Positions 11,992 through 23,092 of a stretch of 64,000 nucleotides of DNA are shown here, piece by piece. The DNA lies in NCBI RefSeq assembly GCF_963921235.1, contig NC_086097.1, positions 191,334,001 to 191,398,000 of the forward strand, given 5' to 3'. Made by a program: the position numbers and the translations under genes. Positions within the stretch are counted from its first letter, which is position 1; every line of letters begins with the position of its first letter. A model generated the notes under the pieces. The model was given only the letters and a program-made list of their open reading frames with translations. It did no database searches and was not told the DNA's origin. Origin of the DNA: Mobula hypostoma. Its lineage: Eukaryota.

Positions 11992-14900
11992 ATGACCGAC
12001 GCTGCATCGGTTCACGCAGTTTCGTTAAAACTGCCAAGCTTCTGGACGCTGCGACCCCATTTATGGTTCAAACAAGCAGAAGCGCAATTCCACATTCGGC
12101 AGATAACCTCGGAGTCCACTCGCTACTACTACGTGCTGAGCTCCCTCGACCAGGAGACTGCTGCACAAGTTGAGGAGTTTATACAGTCGCCCCGGAGGAC
12201 GGCAAATACACAGCATTCAAAACCCTGCTCGTAAGGACTTTCGGACTCTCACGGCGCGAACGAGCACGCCGCTTAATGCACCTGGATGGTTTGGGAGACA
12301 GGCCGCCGTCAGCATTAATGAACGAGATGCTGGCCCTGGCTGAAGGACACAAACCCTGCCTCATGTTTGAGCAGGCGTTCCTAGAGCAACTGCCCGAGGA
12401 CATATGCCTGCTGCTGTCCGACGCAGATTTCAGCAAACCCCGGGAGGTGGCGACCCGAGCAGATGTGCTGTGGAATGCCAGGAAAGAGAGAGGGGCATCC
12501 GTCGCACAGATCACCAAGCCGCGTGCCCAGCGACAGACCAGACTGGGCCCGGCAGCAGAGCCTACAAAACCCGGCGACGGGAGTGAGAAGACCAACGAAC
12601 AATGGTGTTTCTACCACCAGCGGTGGGGCACGGAGGCCCGCCGCTGCAGACCACCCTGCAAATTCCCGGGAAACGCCAAGGCCCAGCCGCTGCCGATCGC
12701 TACGGCGGCTGGCCATCAGGACAGCCTCCTGTACGTCTGGGACAAGCAGTCGAGACGCCGCTTTTTGGTCGACACCGGAGCAGAGATCAGCGTCTTACCT
12801 CCAACGAGTTACGACACCCGCAACAGAGAACCGGGACCCACCCTGAGGGCCGCTAATGGCAGCACAATACGAACCTACGGCACCCGCACGGTGCGGCTAC
12901 AGTTCAGCTCCAGCCGGTTCACGTGGGACTTCGCACTGGCTGCCGTGGCCCAACCACTGCTGGGGGCAAATTTTCTACGAGCCCACAGCCTGCTGGTCGA
13001 CTTGCAAGGGAAGCGATTAGTCCACGCCAAGACTTTTCAAACGTTCTCCCTGGGTGAAGCACAGTTGCCAGCCCCACACCTGGACTCCATCACGCTGTCC
13101 GACGATGAATTCAGAAGGGTCCTGGCGGATTTCCCATCAGTACTGACACCGCAGTTCACGGCAGCCATGTCCAAACACGGAGTACAGCACCACATCCCGA
13201 CCCAGGGACCACCCCTCCACGCCCGTGCTCGAAGGCTTCCCCCGGACAAGCTCCGACTAGCGAAGGAGGAGTTCAAAAAGATGGAGGAATTAGGGATCAT
13301 ACGACGGTCCGACAGCCCATGGGCCTCCCCCCTTCACATGGTGCCCAAGGCAACGGGGGGGGGGGGCTGGAGACCATGCGGTGACTACCGCAGACTGAAC
13401 GAGGCTACAACGCCAGACCGCCACCCTGTGCCGCACATTCAAGACTTCGCAGCAAACCTACACAGCGCAAGGATCTTTTCCAAGGTAGATCTCGTCCGGG
13501 GATACCATCAAATCCCTGTACATCCGGACGACATCCCCAAAACAGCACTTATCACCCCGTTCGGACTTTTTGAATTCCTCTGAATGCCGTTTGGTCTAAA
13601 GAACGCCGCACAGACTTTCCAGCGGCTAATGGACGCGGTGGGACGCGACCTGCACTTTGCATTCATCTATTTGGACGACATCCTCATAGCCAGCAGTAGT
13701 CGGCAGGAGCATCTGTCCCACCTCCGCCAGCTCTACTCCCGCCTGAGTGAATTCGGCCTTACAATCAATCCAGCCAAATGCCAGTTCGGACTCGACACCA
13801 TCGACTTCCTGGGCCACAGGATTACTAAAGATGGGGCAACCCCGCTGCCCGCCAAGGTAGACGCGGTCCGCCACATCCCCCGACCCAACACAATCAAAGG
13901 CTTGCAGGAATTCGTGGGTATGGTGAATTTCTACCACCGTTTCCTCCCCTCAGCAGCCCGAACCATGCGCCCCTTGTTCACTCTAATGTCGGGTAAGGGC
14001 AAGGACATTACCTGGAACGAAGAGGCCGCAACCGCTTTCGTTAAAACCAAAGAAGCCTTGGCAAACGCCGCGATGCTAGTGCACCCCAGAACGGACGTTC
14101 CTACTGCCCTCACGGTGGACGCATCCAACACAGCAGTCGGTGGAGTGCTGGAACAACTCATCGAGGGTCGCTGGCAACCCCTGGCGTTCTTCAGCAAACA
14201 CCTACGACCACCCGAACTCAAATACAGTGCTTTCGACCGGGAGCTATTGGCACTATACCTGGCAATCCGGCATTTCAGGTACTTCTTAGAAGGTAGGCCC
14301 TTCACCGCGTTCACAGACCACAAACCGCTTACCTTTGCGTTCACTAAGGTGTCCGACCCCTGGTCGTCCTGCCAGCAGTGACATCTGTCCTACATCTCCG
14401 AGTACACGACGGACATCCGGCATGTCTCTGGAAAGAACAATGTCGTGGCAGACGCACTTTCCAGACCTACCATACAGGCCCTGTCCCAGGGGGTGGACTA
14501 TGCAGCGCTGGCAGAGGCACAGCAGGCAAACACTGAGATCCCCAGTTACAGGACTGCAGTCTCTGGTTTGCAGCTCCAAGACCTCCCCGTAGGCCCAGGT
14601 GAGAGGACCCTACTATGTGACGTAGCTACTGGCCAACCCCGCCCCGTCGTCCCAGCAGCCTGGCGCCAGCGGGTGTTCGAATCCATTCACAACTTAGCGC
14701 ACCCCTCCATCAGGACAACTGTCCGGCTGGTCTCCAACAGGTTTGTTTGGCATGGACTTCGTAAACAGGTCAGTGAATGGGCCAAAACGTGTATGCAGTG
14801 CCAAATGGCCAAGGTGCAGCGGCACACCAAGGCTCCACCGCAGCGGTTCGAACCCACCCGTCGGAGGTTCGACCACATCCATGTGGATATCGTGGGGCCC

Positions 14901-15863
14901 CTGCCAGTGTCACAAGGAGCGCGGTACCTCCTAACTATGATAGACCGGTTCACCAGATGGCCAGAGGCAGTCCCGCTCAGCGACACCACCTCCGAATCCT
15001 GCGCCCGAGCACTGATCGCAACCTGGGTAGCACGCTTTGGAGTACCGGCCCACATTACCTCCGACAGGGGCGCCCAGTTCACCTCCAGCCTGTGGTCGGC
15101 TATGGCCAGACTTTTAGGAACACAGCTACACCACACAACTGCCTACCACCCACAGTCGAACGGACTAGTGGAGCGCTTCCACCGTCACCTGAAATCGGCT
15201 CTCATGGCCCACCTGGAGGGGCCTAACTGGGTGGACGAACTTCCCTGGGTCCTGCTCGGAATCCGCACTGCGCCCAAAGAGGATCTACACACCTCGTCGG
15301 CCGAGTTGGTGTACGGCGCGCCCCTGGTCGTCCCAGGAGAGTTCATACCAGCCCCAAGGGGGCAAGAGGAAGAACCCACAGCAGTCCTGGACAGACTACG
15401 GGAGAGGCTCGGTAACCTGGCCCCCATACCCACTTCACAACACGGACAGAGCCCGACCTGCGTACCCAAAGACCTGCAGAACTGTAAGTTTCTTTTTGTA
15501 CGACGGGGCAGACACCGGGCACCGCTACAGCGGCCCTACGAGGGGCCGTTTAAGGTGATCAGCAACAACGGGTCCACGTTCGTGCTGGACATTGGGGGGA
15601 GAGAGGAGGTTTTCACGGTGGACCGACTCAAACCGGCCCATGTGGACTTGGCGCAACCGGTCCAGGCTCAGGCACCGCGGCGCAGGGGCAGACCTCCCAA
15701 ACAGAGGCTGATCCAGACTGTGGACATTGAGGGAGGTATCGCCGGTTCTGGGGGGGGGGGGTGGTTATGTGGCGACCCACTTTCTGAACCCACGAACCGG
15801 CTCACGAAACAGCGCGCGCAGGCAGAGGGCGGGCAGCAAAAAGGGCGGGAACAGGAAGGCTAA
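11992..15863 (+). pseudogene. gag-pol polyprotein with 3 lesions (1-bp deletion ~12190; TGA at 13581 and 14379)
   Basis: Gag LKLPSFW..WF.QAEAQF and [95 protein letters not shown]. Confidence 0.95.
15750..15765 (+). promoter_or_regulatory. Polypurine tract of the inner Gypsy
   Basis: G12 run directly upstream of the 3' LTR. Confidence 0.85.
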
Positions 15864-15962
15864 AAAAGCGGGCCGCGAAGTTTGAATAAACCTCTTTCAT
15901 CGCAACTCCAATTCACCGACTCCGTGTGGTTATTCTAGCGCTGTGTGTAGCACATCACTACA
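15768..15962 (+). repeat. 3' LTR (195 bp)
   Basis: Direct repeat of 11756-11951. Confidence 0.97.
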
Positions 15963-16800
15963 CTCTCACCATTTCTGCTAATGTAAATGGATCATCAATT
16001 GTATCATCTATTCCTTCTCTCCTGCTTAACACACTTGGGTGTTGGCTCATTATTCTTTCCGTTCTTCTTCTCCTCCCTTCTTCAGACAAATTTTCTGAAC
16101 TGTGTATCAGTACAAATGACTTGGCCATGACCTCAGCCTTATCCCTACTGGAGACTACAGTTTCCTCCTCAGATATCATTACTGGATATTCCCATTCCCT
16201 TCTATCTTCTCCCATCCTCTTAATCATTCCCCATATCTCTCCCACAGGTGTTGTTCTTCCTACCTTGTCACAAAAATTCCTCCAACTTGCCCTTTTAGCT
16301 TGACGTATAGTTCTTCTCACCACTGCCTGTGCTTTCTTATATTGAACCAAATGCTGCATATTATGGGTTCTTTTAACTAGCCTGAATGCTCTATTTCTGT
16401 TTTTTACAGCCTGACAACATTCCTCTGTCCACCATGGTACCAGTTTTCTATTCATCCTATTTTTACTTCTTGGTATAGATCCTTCTGCTGCCATGATAAT
16501 TGCTGAAGTCACCTGACTGTTTAATTCATCTACATTTCCAGAAATATCAATCTTTATCAACCCTTCTTCACTCAACTTCTGGAACTTACCCCAATCAGCT
16601 TTTTCAAACACCCACTTTGGGGTTCCACCACCTGGTATTACTTCAACTCTTTCACCCACTGAACACAAAACTGGGTAGTGATCACTACCTACTTTTGAAG
16701 CAGTCCAAACTCCCCAATTGCTAATGCCAGCCAAGGTATTAGACACTAACATAATATCTAACACTGACTCAGTTCCTGTTGCTATATCTATCCTTGTGCC
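15963..16800 (-). mobile_element. I/Nimb-type LINE ORF2 fragment (APE endonuclease C-terminus + linker)
   Basis: Open 268-aa frame with LDI..., GSDHYPV, KWVFEKADWGKF, VPWWTEEC and KAEVMAKSF. Confidence 0.88.
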
Positions 16801-16968
16801 TGGCAGCTTCTTGCTGTGGTCACAGGGTTTTTATCCTGCCGTTTCTGATGGGAAGCAGGTGCGTGTAGTTAGTGGAACTTGGGGATGATTGGAATCTAAA
16901 TGAGGTGATTGAGGCCCAGTTCTTGAGGCAATTGGCAAGGTGGGGGATTGCCAGAAGGGACCATGACA
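16801..16968 (-). repeat. Truncated 5' LTR of the Sushi-like element
   Basis: Matches 7417-7584; the inner ~180 bp and the PBS are missing. Confidence 0.93.
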
Positions 16969-16973
16969 CCTAG

Positions 16974-19900
16974 CCAGTTGTGGCAACGAATTCCACAGTT
17001 TCACTACCTTCTAGCGAAAGAAATTCCTCCTTAGATCCTTTTTAAATGGACATCTGTCTAGTCTGAGGCTGTGCATTCTAATGCTAAACTCTCCCAGTAT
17101 AAGGAGCATCCTCCATACATCCGCTTTGTGCAGACTTTTATTATTCCACAGGTTTCACGAGAAACCTATCATTTATCTCAACCCCTCATTCTTGTAAACT
17201 CCAACAATGAGAGGCCCAGAGCAATCAACTGATTGTTATATGTTAGCCTTTCCTGGAACCATTCTTGTGAACATCCTCTGAATCCTCTTCAAAACATATT
17301 TTCTTTGATAAGGGACCCAAAACTGCTCACAATACCACAAGTGTAGTCACTTTAACACCTTATAAAGCTTCAACAATCATATCCTTGTCCTCATGAAATG
17401 AATGCTAATATTGCTTTTGCCTTCCTCACCACCAACTGCAAGTTAACCTGCGATCCACTGATCACTTGCTTAATGGCATTGGTCCAGGGCATGAAAGAGG
17501 TTGAGAACCCCTGCTTTAGGAATCCTGCACAATGGTTCCCAAATCCCTTTGCACCTCTGATTTTGCATTTTCTCCCTGCTTAAAAAATATTCTATGCCTT
17601 TATTCCTTCTACCAAATTGCATGACCATCCACATCCCTATACAACATTCCATCTGCCACTTCTTTGCCCATTCTCCTCATCTGTTTGAGTCATATTGCAG
17701 ACTCCCTGCTTTCTCAATACTATTTCCCATCCCCCTATCTTCATATAATCTGCAAACTTGGCCACAAAGCCATCAATTCTGTCATGCAATTCATTTATAT
17801 ATAATATGAAACAAAGTGACCCCAATACTGACCCCTGTGGAACACCACTAGTCACTAGCAGCCAGCCAAAAAGTTTCCCTTTATTCCCACTCTCTGCCTT
17901 CTGCCAGTCAGCAAATCTTCTATCCATGCTGAATCTTTCCTATAATATAATGGGGTCTTACCTTGTTAAGCAGTCTCGTGTGTAGCACCTTGTCAAGGCA
18001 TTCTAAAAATCCGGCACACAACATCCACTAACTCTCCTTTGTCTATCTTCTCTGTTATTTCTTCAAAGAATTTCAGAAGATTTGTCAGGCAAATTTTCCC
18101 CTCAAAAAAAAACACTGCCTTATTATGTACCCTGAAATCTCACCCTTAATAATGCACTCCAACATCTTTCCAACCTCTGAAGTCAGGCTAACTACCTTAT
18201 AATTTCCTTTCTTCTGCCTCCTGCTTTCTTAAAGAATGGAGTGATATTTGGAATTTTCCATTCTTCTGAAACCATTCCAGAAATTCTTGGAAGATCATTA
18301 CTAACGCCTCTATAATCTCTTCAGCTACATCTTCAGAACCCTGGGGTGTATTCCTTCTGATCCAGATGACTTATCTACCTTCAGTCCCTTCATTTTCCCA
18401 AGCATCTTCTCCTTAGTAATAGCAACAACACTCACTTCTGCCCTGTGATACTCTCAATTTTCTGGCATGCAGCTGGAGTCTTCCATAGTGAAACTGACGC
18501 AAAACACTTAAAAAGTTCCTCTGCCTATTACTACCTCTCCAGCATCATTTTCCAGTGGTCTGATAACCACTCTTGACTCTCTTTTACTCCTTATACATCT
18601 GAAAAAACTTTTGGAATCCTTTTTTATGTTATTGGCTAGCTTCCTTTCCTTATGGATTTTTTAGTTGCCTTATATAGAATTTTGCTTTCTTCCCTTCAAT
18701 TTTTCCCATAATTACCGTGCATTCTAACTCCTCTTTCCTAATCACACAACACCTATTGAGAATTGCCTTTCCCCTAGTGGGCTCCACCACAACCAGCTCT
18801 GAAATCCATCTCATAGGCATTGTACAAATTTCTTCTTTAGGGATCCAGCACCAATATGAATTTCCCAATCGAGCTGCATATTGAAATCCCCCATTACTAT
18901 CATAACGTTGCCCTTTTTACATGCCTTTCTATCTCCCATTGCAACTTATATCCCCCCTTCTGGCTCCTATTTAGAAGCTTGTACGTATCTTGCTTCCATC
19001 AGAGTCCTTTTACCTTTGCAGTTTCTTCTTTTTAAATCTTTTTATTGAATAAGTATACCAAAAGGTAAGCCATATAAACATTAATACAATGTTAAAATAT
19101 AATAAAATTACAGAAGGTATCAATACCGAAAAAAAATACTACAAACAATGTAATTTAAACATAAGAAACCAAGATAACATAATAGTATACTAAATTTTAT
19201 ATATATATCGATAGAAAAAAAGAAACCCCCCCCCCCCAAAAAAAACCCACCGTGCAACTAACTAAAAGCAAAGCAAAGCAATGGGCTAACTTGAAACCAA
19301 ACAGAGTTAAACTTAAAATCACGTCCTCAATCCCGACCTTTGCAGTTTCTTAACTCTACCCACAATGATTTGTTCTACATCTTCTGAACCTATGTCACCT
19401 CCTTCAAACGATTTGATTCCAATTTTTACCAACAAAGCCTCCCCGACCCCTTTGCCTACCTACATGCCCTTTTAATACAATGTGTGTCCTTAGATGTTAA
19501 GCTCCCAACTACGATCTTCTTTCAGGCACAACTCAGTGATGCCCACAACGTCGTATCTGCCAGTCTCTAATTGCACTGTAACATCATCTACCTTATTCCA
19601 TATACTGAGTGGATTCAAATAAAACACCTTCAGTCCTGTATTCATCACTCTTTTTGATTTTGCCCTCATGTTACACTTCAACTCATCCCACTGACTACAA
19701 TTTGGTCTATCATCTCACTGACCTTCCTCACTGTTTCACTGCATCTTCTTGTTCACCATCTCAGCCCTATCACTCCGGTTCACATCCCCCTGCCAAATTA
19801 GTTTATACCCTCACCAGATCTAGCAAATGCGCCCACAATAGTATTAGCCCGCCCCCCCCCACCTCAGTTTCAGGTGTAACTTGTCCTTTTTGTACAGCTC

Positions 19901-20545
19901 ATACCTTCCCCAGAAAAAAAGTTAATTATCCAGAAACCTGAAACCCTGCCCCTTGCACCCATTCTTTAGCCATGCATTCATCTACCAAATCATCCTATCC
20001 TTGCCCTCACTGGCACGGGGCACAGGCAGCAATCCAGAGAGCACTATCCTGGAGGTTCTGCTTTTCAGCTTTCTAGTTAACTCCCTATATTCTCTCCTCA
20101 GGACCTCCTCCCATTTCCGACCGATGTCGTTGGTACCAATACGTACCAAGACTTCTGGCTGTGCACCCTCCCCCTTTAGAATGCTGTGAACTTGATCCAA
20201 GAAGTCCCTGACCCTGGCACCTGGAAGGCAAAATACCATCCAGGTGTCTTTTTCATACCCACTTAATCTGCTGTCTGCTCCCCTAACTATGGAATCCCTA
20301 TCACTATTGCACTCCTCTTCTCCCCCTTCCCTTCTTAGCCACAGAGCCAGACTCCATGCCAGAGACAATTTGGTCTTTAAAATCAGTTAATTCCATACAC
20401 AAGATTTTTTTTTTGACATAGGAACAGAATTAGGCCATTGGCCCATTCAGTCTGCTCTGCCATTCAATCATCACTGTTTTTTTTGGGCTAATATTTTCCC
20501 CCTTCCCTTCTTAGCCACAGAGCCAGACTCCATGCCAGAGACAAG
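16974..20545 (-). mobile_element. Body of the minus-strand CR1 (RT, endonuclease, ORF1 SGNH-esterase-like), decayed
   Basis: GVPQGSVLG and KFADY; YLN..SI.NK..YDVVGITE; ORF1 DSIVRG...CLPGARVRD...IGTNDIGRK...LSGLLPVPRAS. Confidence 0.9.
19028..19335 (-). mobile_element. 5'-truncated L1/Tx1-type 3' end insertion with 16-bp TSD
   Basis: ACCTTTGCAGTTTCTT is duplicated at 19012-19027 and 19336-19351. The minus strand has AATAAA and an A-rich tail. Confidence 0.8.
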
Positions 20546-20777
20546 CTCGCAGCAGCTTCTCCTTTAAATGCATTCAACATCTATAATGCTTCTATTTGTC
20601 AAGGGCCAGGAGGCAAATACTCACTATTTTGTACTACAGTTACCCAATTCCCTTTAAAATCAGTTAATTCAATACACAAGATTTTTTTTTTTTACATAGG
20701 AACAGAATTAGGCCATTGGCCCATTCAGTCTGCTCTGCCATTCAATCATCACTGTTTTTTTTGGGCTAATATTTTCT
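20320..20777. repeat. Local interleaved duplication (A-B-A-C-B)
   Basis: A ~20325-20368 recurs at ~20500-20544. B ~20375-20498 recurs at ~20652-20777. Copies are near-identical. Confidence 0.9.
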
Positions 20778-20875
20778 TTGTTATTTGGATTTTTCATTAA
20801 AGTTGCCCCTATCTAAAGGATAGGATATAAATTGTAAACAATGATAGATTTCTCTGTATGTGTCTCTCTCAATTT

Positions 20876-20911
20876 CTGTGTGCACGTGTGTGTGTGTGTG
20901 TGTGTGTGTGT

Positions 20912-20945
<34 letters not shown>
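20876..20945. repeat. Compound (GT)n-(CT)n microsatellite
   Basis: Direct inspection. Confidence 0.95.
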
Positions 20946-20948
<3 letters not shown>

Positions 20949-22390
20949 ATGCTTTTACATTCTAAGGTTGGATAATTATACTTCCAATTTCTAAATATTG
21001 TCAAGAAAAATATTTTTTGCATATTCTTCAGAAATCTTTTTTTTCAAATACCTGTAGTTCTTTACCTGTAGTTTTTTACCCTCAACTATGGAAAAACTGA
21101 ATAATATTTATACTTCACTTTCTAAAGTCTTAGGGAATATATATAATCACATGCAGGCATTTATATTTAGTTTCTCTTTTACATTAGATTGTCCAAGCAA
21201 ATTTCCCATTTTTTTAGGCATTTTGACAAGACTAGATTTGCACAGTTGGAGTGGAATGTCTGAGCTGATAACAGCCAATTCTGGGCTAGTCAATTTACTG
21301 TCTGTTATTGAGCTTTATATCAGCAGCATGCCAGAAAAATGACCCTTTAATAGTCAGCCTCTATTGTTCAATATACTCTCCAAACTTACAATCCTCTGAC
21401 GTATGTGTCAAATGCCTAACAAATTCAGGTGGCTATCTTTAACTACTGTCATATAGCTCTCATTGGCATACTCCCAAATATTTCTGCAATGTTGGTTAAT
21501 TCCATTTTAAAATATGGAAAGTGATCTATTTTTAACCAATGATTTCTCAATTGCTAAGAACAGAAACAGTGTTTCTTGAAGGTGGGTTAGCTAAACCCGC
21601 TGCCTTTTTTTGGGAGAGAGGATGGTAGGTGTATGGTTGCTGAGATTCTATCCATATTCAATCAGATTATGATCTAAAATTCAACTTGCTTTAATCATTT
21701 CCAAGAATTGATCTCTAAAATTATTTGTAGCTGGACATAATACTGCCATGGTCATATGCCTTTTTGTTTACCTAACTTGTCATTTACATTAAAACCTCAG
21801 TCACCAGTTAAATGGAGATGATTAAAAATTAATTCATGCATCTATTGAGAGACAATACAATTCCCAGGTGAATGTTTAACATTGTTTTAGTAAATAAGTC
21901 GGTTTTCGTTCATCTCTGCCTTTACGTTCAGATTGTTTTATGTGTTTAATGTGTCCATTTCACCATACTCCAACTTTTTTGAAAAGTTAGGTGGCTCTTT
22001 GAGAAGGGTGTATGTGGATAATATAGTCTGGTGAGAGTAGAGAATTAGGGAGAAGGGTGTCTGGAAATTGTGGATAACTACAGCAGGGATGGTTAGGTAC
22101 TGCAGATGGAGGCAAGCTTCCTTAAAGGAGGTGCACTGAACTCTCACTTTGATATAACTTTTCAAATCTGCCTAATATTTCTCACTTTGCTTCATGGAGG
22201 TCAAGGTTTTACCAACTCTTACTGTCCTCTGTGGTAGGCAGCTAATGAGGCTCTTCTGGCCTCAGCCAAAACCGTCTGAATCTGCATGAGAGAAAGGGGT
22301 TGAGGTGGGGAAGTGTGAACAGGGTGGAGTTCACTCTTGCTCTTTTTTACTTAAAAGATTAAAGATTAGCTTTATTTGTCATATTTACAA

Positions 22391-22457
22391 CAGTATTATA
22401 CAAAAGTCTTAGGCACATATATATATATAGGGTGCCTAAAACATTTCTACAGTGCTG
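22391..22457. mobile_element. Tiny palindromic Tc1/mariner-type MITE
   Basis: cagtattatacaaaagtcttaggcac-(AT)n-gtgcctaaaacatttctacagtgctg followed by TA. A further half copy is at ~22851-22868. Confidence 0.65.
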
Positions 22458-22774
22458 TATTTGTCAGTGTGGAATGGAGGGTGAGTCTATAAATCTGGCA
22501 GGAGCAAAGGATGTTGGGAACGTGAAGGTGGAGCACCAGAGGATGGATATGAGGCAGGGGTGGCAGAGAAGTGCTGGGGCAAGGGTTGGTGTGGGTGCAG
22601 ACACTCCTAGCCCTGAGACATCACACAAGGTCATTTGATTCCAAACAATCTGTTTATTGATCATTACAGAACGTCTCTGGTGTTTCCTGCTCCCTCCCCT
22701 CTCTCTTCTCCTTTTTCCAACCATTCTTCCCCTCTCCTCCCTCCTTTCCCACTCTCAGTCCACCATAGAGACCC

Positions 22775-23092
22775 ATATCAGAATCAGGTTTATCATTACT
22801 TACATACATCATGATTTCTTTTTTTTTGTGGCAGCAGGACACAAAAAAAAAGACTTTTGCACAGTACTCTACATACATTGAAACATTAAAACATACAGTA
22901 AAATCATTGTTTGTATCAAATAAAATTAGTGAGGATTGTTCTGGGCAGCCTGCAAGCGTCAGTATGTTTCTGGCACCATATAGTATGCCTGCAACTCACT
23001 AACCCTAACCGCCTGTCTTTGGAATGTGGGGGGAAGCCAGAGCACCCGGAGGAAACCCACACAGTCAAGGGAAGAATGCATGAACTCTTTAC
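22775..23092 (-). mobile_element. SINE-like element (V-SINE-type core)
   Basis: The minus strand has tgggtttcctccgggtgctctggcttcccccacattccaaagac, the typical V-SINE core, and a ctgatt-type tail. Confidence 0.6.

Larger units (their letters stand above)
11756..15962 (+). mobile_element. Full-length Ty3/Gypsy LTR retrotransposon, CsRn1/Kabuki-like (4207 bp)
   Basis: LTRs 11756-11951 and 15768-15962, perfect 4-bp TSD CTCT (11752-11755 / 15963-15966), tRNA-Trp PBS, G-run PPT, and gag-pol. Confidence 0.97.
7236..16968 (-). mobile_element. Sushi-like chromoviral Ty3/Gypsy LTR retrotransposon (outer element; decayed, 5' region replaced)
   Basis: 3' LTR 7236-7584 and partial 5' LTR 16801-16968, 5-bp TSD CATAG/CCTAG, PPT, and gag-PR-RT-RH-IN-chromodomain order on the minus strand. 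Confidence 0.93.

Noticed and set aside
12179..15469. Antisense and alternate-frame ORFs in the inner Gypsy (possible env or accessory gene)
   Set aside because: They overlap gag-pol and have no motifs, and there is no room for env between IN and the PPT.
21580..21611. GC hairpin followed by a T-run resembling a bacterial intrinsic terminator
   Set aside because: Eukaryotic context, imperfect stem and no upstream gene; likely chance.
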